A stretch of 62,458 nt of DNA, the filler included, from Basidiobolus ranarum (taxonomy: Eukaryota): NCBI GenBank assembly GCA_040143965.1. It is 22 parts of 22 records of this genome, joined end to end, with 100 filler letters (N's around TTAATTAATTAA, not from the genome) between each part and the next. Parts side by side here need not be neighbours in the genome. Positions count along the whole stretch, not along the records: positions 59,726 to 62,458 come from JASJQH010009901.1; 21 more parts are not named here. One strand, 5' to 3'. Positions 59,726-62,458 of the stretch are shown here, one piece after another (within the stretch, counting starts at the first letter, position 1; the number at the start of each line of letters is the position of its first letter). The position numbers were made by a program, and so were the translations under genes. The notes under the pieces are model-generated. The model was not told the origin of the DNA, made no database searches, and saw nothing but the letters and a program-made list of their open reading frames with translations.

Positions 59726-62458
59726 TGAGTGACAGAATTGAGTACTAAATAATCAGAATATGAATAAACCAACTACTAAATAATGAGTTGCTATTTACCT
59801 AATTTCAACATTCCCATTCAACTTTTTATTTTGGATTTCTCTTAAACTTAACTAATATGTTAGTATTCTAATTGCGCTTTAGCTAAAGGTTTAGTTAAGT
59901 TGTCAGCAATTATTTCTTCAGTAGGGCAAACAATTAGTTCAATTGTATCATTCTCCATTGCTTCTGTAACAGAATGATGCCTAATATCTATATGCTTTGC
60001 TCTAGCATGAAATATGGGGTTTTTAGCTAATTATATAGAACTATGATTATCTTCAAATACAGTAATAGGATGTTTTTGCATGTATCCTAAGTCTGTAAAT
60101 AACTTCCTTAACCCCATAGCTTCTTGTGTAGTATAAGATGCAGCCATATACACTGCTTTGTAGTGGAAAGTGCTACGGTTTGTTGCTACTTACTCTTCCA
60201 AGTTATGGCTCCATTACCATAGAAAAAAGGATACCCAGTTGTTGAACTACTATCACCAATATTTCTTCCCCAGTCTGTATCACTGTAGCCTTCAAAATTT
60301 TGTGCATCAGGAGTGGCAGAGTATTCCCAAACCAGATCTACAGGTCCTCTCCAATATCTGATTATTCATTTTACTGCATTTTTTGCTCAGATCATGTTTT
60401 TTTGAGATATTGGCTGACAGCTCTCACTGCCTCAGCAATATCTGGACATGTTCCAACCATTGTAAACATTAAACTACCCACCATGGATAAGGGAACTCTT
60501 AGCTTGGATTCTAATCATTTGTGGTCAAATTGTATGAAATTTTGACTAATTTCACCTTGGGAACCATTTGTGTTGATACAGACTTGCTATTCTCCATGTT
60601 TAAGCATTTTAGGATAGCTCAGATGAATCTGGACTGATTCAGCTTGATTTTCTGATTGTGTTTATTGCTTGTAATTTGGATTTGAATAACTTAATTCACC
60701 CATATCCGTCATCTGAAATTGGTTTGATAAGCTACCTTTTGTCTGATTAAGTGCTTCTAGATCATTTGTGGCATATAGATTAAGTCATTCACATATAGTG
60801 CTAAGATTAAGATCCTATTTCCAGTTGCTTTAATGTAAATACTGTGATCTACTGTGCATTTTTGAGATTCTAGAGATTCCAAGTAGGTATCTATCTTGTC
60901 TTACCATCCCCTGGGTGCTTGCTTAAGTCCATGCAGCAATTTTGCAGTTTACAGACCATATCAGTGTGTTATAGGTCTTTGAATCCATCATGTTGCTCCA
61001 TATAGATATCTTCTAGATTTCCACTCAGCAAGGCTGTTTTTACATTCATTTGATGTAAATCAAATTTATGGACAGCCAAAAGTGCCAGGATTGATTTAAT
61101 GGTGTTAAACTCAGCTACTGGAGCAAAGGTTGCATTAAAATCAACTCCTGGTGTCTGTGAATAACCTTTGGCAACTAATCTTACTTTGTACCTTTCTATG
61201 GTTCTATCAGCTTGGCATTTGACTTTGTAGACTCATTTGCACCCTATTGGCTTTCTCCCTGCTAGTAGAGGACTCAAAACCTATGTTTTGTTGTCCTGTA
61301 GTGGAGAAAGCTCATCATACATTGTTTTTTCCCATAATTCTGTTTCTGGACATTCCAGAGCTTGATCTAGAGGCTGTGGCTCATTAAAGAATGCTGCATA
61401 AGCATATATGTCATCATTGGAAGTGTGCTACCAGGTTCCTGGCCTATTTCTCCTTCTGGATAATCATCTAGGTCCTGAATCATCTGCTGATGTATTTGGG
61501 ACTAGAATATGATTTTAATAGGGCTCAGATATAGCTGCAAATTCAGCAGAAACTTCATGAATAGTGCTGATTATGTTTTCAGGATCAAGAGCTGTGATTT
61601 GAGGTGCAAAACTTGCTCTTTCATTGAAAATCACATCTCCAGACTTAATTAACTTCTGGTTTTTGGTATCAAACAGTGTATAGGCCCTAGATCCATAACA
61701 GTAACCAGAAAATATGCATTTTCTGCTTTTGGGATCTGATTTGGAGTTATTTTGAGCTGGAATTAGTCAATATGCTGTACAACCAAAGTTTGTAAGATGA
61801 TCACACTTGGTTTTAATCCATTTGGGGTTTCAAATGGAGTAGAATTTTTTAGCTATCTTGTTGGGCATCTGTTTTTGATATAGACTGAATTGAAGACAGA
61901 TTGAGCCCAATATTGGTTATGTAACTTTTGATCATGTAACATTGAGCTTGCCATCTCCACTATGTTCCTATTAGGATGTTCTTATGGTCCTTTTACCATG
62001 TTCTGGAACTACAATTTGCTGTGGAGTATATGACAGAGCAGTTTGTCACTTATTTCCATGTTTAGAACAAAAAAACTAGTAAAGTCTTTTGAGCAGTATT
62101 CTCCACCATTAGCACTCCTTAATGCCCTTTTTTTTGTGCTGATTCTTTCTCTACCATTGCTTTGTAGTGCTTGAATGTAGATGAGGCTGCGGATTTTGAT
62201 TTGAGAGAGAATACCTAAGTATTTCTTGTTTTGTCATCAATAAAGGTCATAGAGTACCTTTCCCAACTAGTGAGATGTTCTTCATTGGCTCACATGGGTC
62301 AGAATGAATGAGGACAAATATCTGAGTGGATGTGATCTCTCCTGTGCTTGAAGATAGCTGTCAGTGATGTCTTCCATATATGCAACCTTCACACAGATCC
62401 AACATAGTGACATTTTCAATTTCTAAGCCTTAAACAAGCTGCTTTCAGACCATTTGGG
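59726..62458 (-). mobile_element. Copia pol (integrase-RT-RNase H) with PPT and start of LTR family D, decayed
   Basis: VEMASSMLHDQKL, YKVRLVAKGYSQTPGVDFNATFAPVA, LHQMNVKTALL, FHARAKHIDIRHH motifs; many stops. Confidence 0.93.

Noticed and set aside
1-62458. Prokaryotic origin of the whole window
   Set aside because: Spliceosomal introns, eukaryotic RPS4, LTR retrotransposons and low gene density indicate a eukaryote. Only the all-coding NRPS contig cannot be individually cleared.

Overview
This window is not one locus. It is 22 small contigs (about 2,755 bp falling to 2,733 bp, sorted by length) joined by 21 artificial 100-bp spacers (44 N + TTAATTAATTAA + 44 N), so gene order across spacers carries no information. 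The DNA is AT-rich and eukaryotic: it has GT-AG introns, an intron-split RPS4, TATA boxes, and Copia, Gypsy and CACTA elements. The gene mix suggests an early-diverging fungus (Basidiobolus-like is my inference only). About half the window is decayed, visibly CpG-poor transposon DNA: several Ty1/Copia families, one chromodomain Gypsy, solo LTRs, MITEs, and a CACTA/EnSpm-type family with CCCTAACA termini that can be pieced together from fragments. The gene-bearing contigs hold two tandem metallothioneins (one 192 aa with 54 Cys), two tandem MnxG-like multicopper oxidases, a Tyr/Arg/acidic tandem-repeat protein, a bacterial-type starter-C/A/PCP/TE NRPS plus a decayed paralog, an amino-acid permease, an Old Yellow Enzyme C-terminus, a 2-hydroxyacid dehydrogenase pseudogene, RPS4, tandem hybrid histidine kinase fragments with a CHASE sensor, and a secreted PL6 lyase. 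Best leads: the bacterial-type MnxG-like pair, the repeat protein, a solo LTR carrying a tRNA-like gene, the very long metallothionein, and the NRPS. All family calls come from motif recognition by eye; no searches were run.
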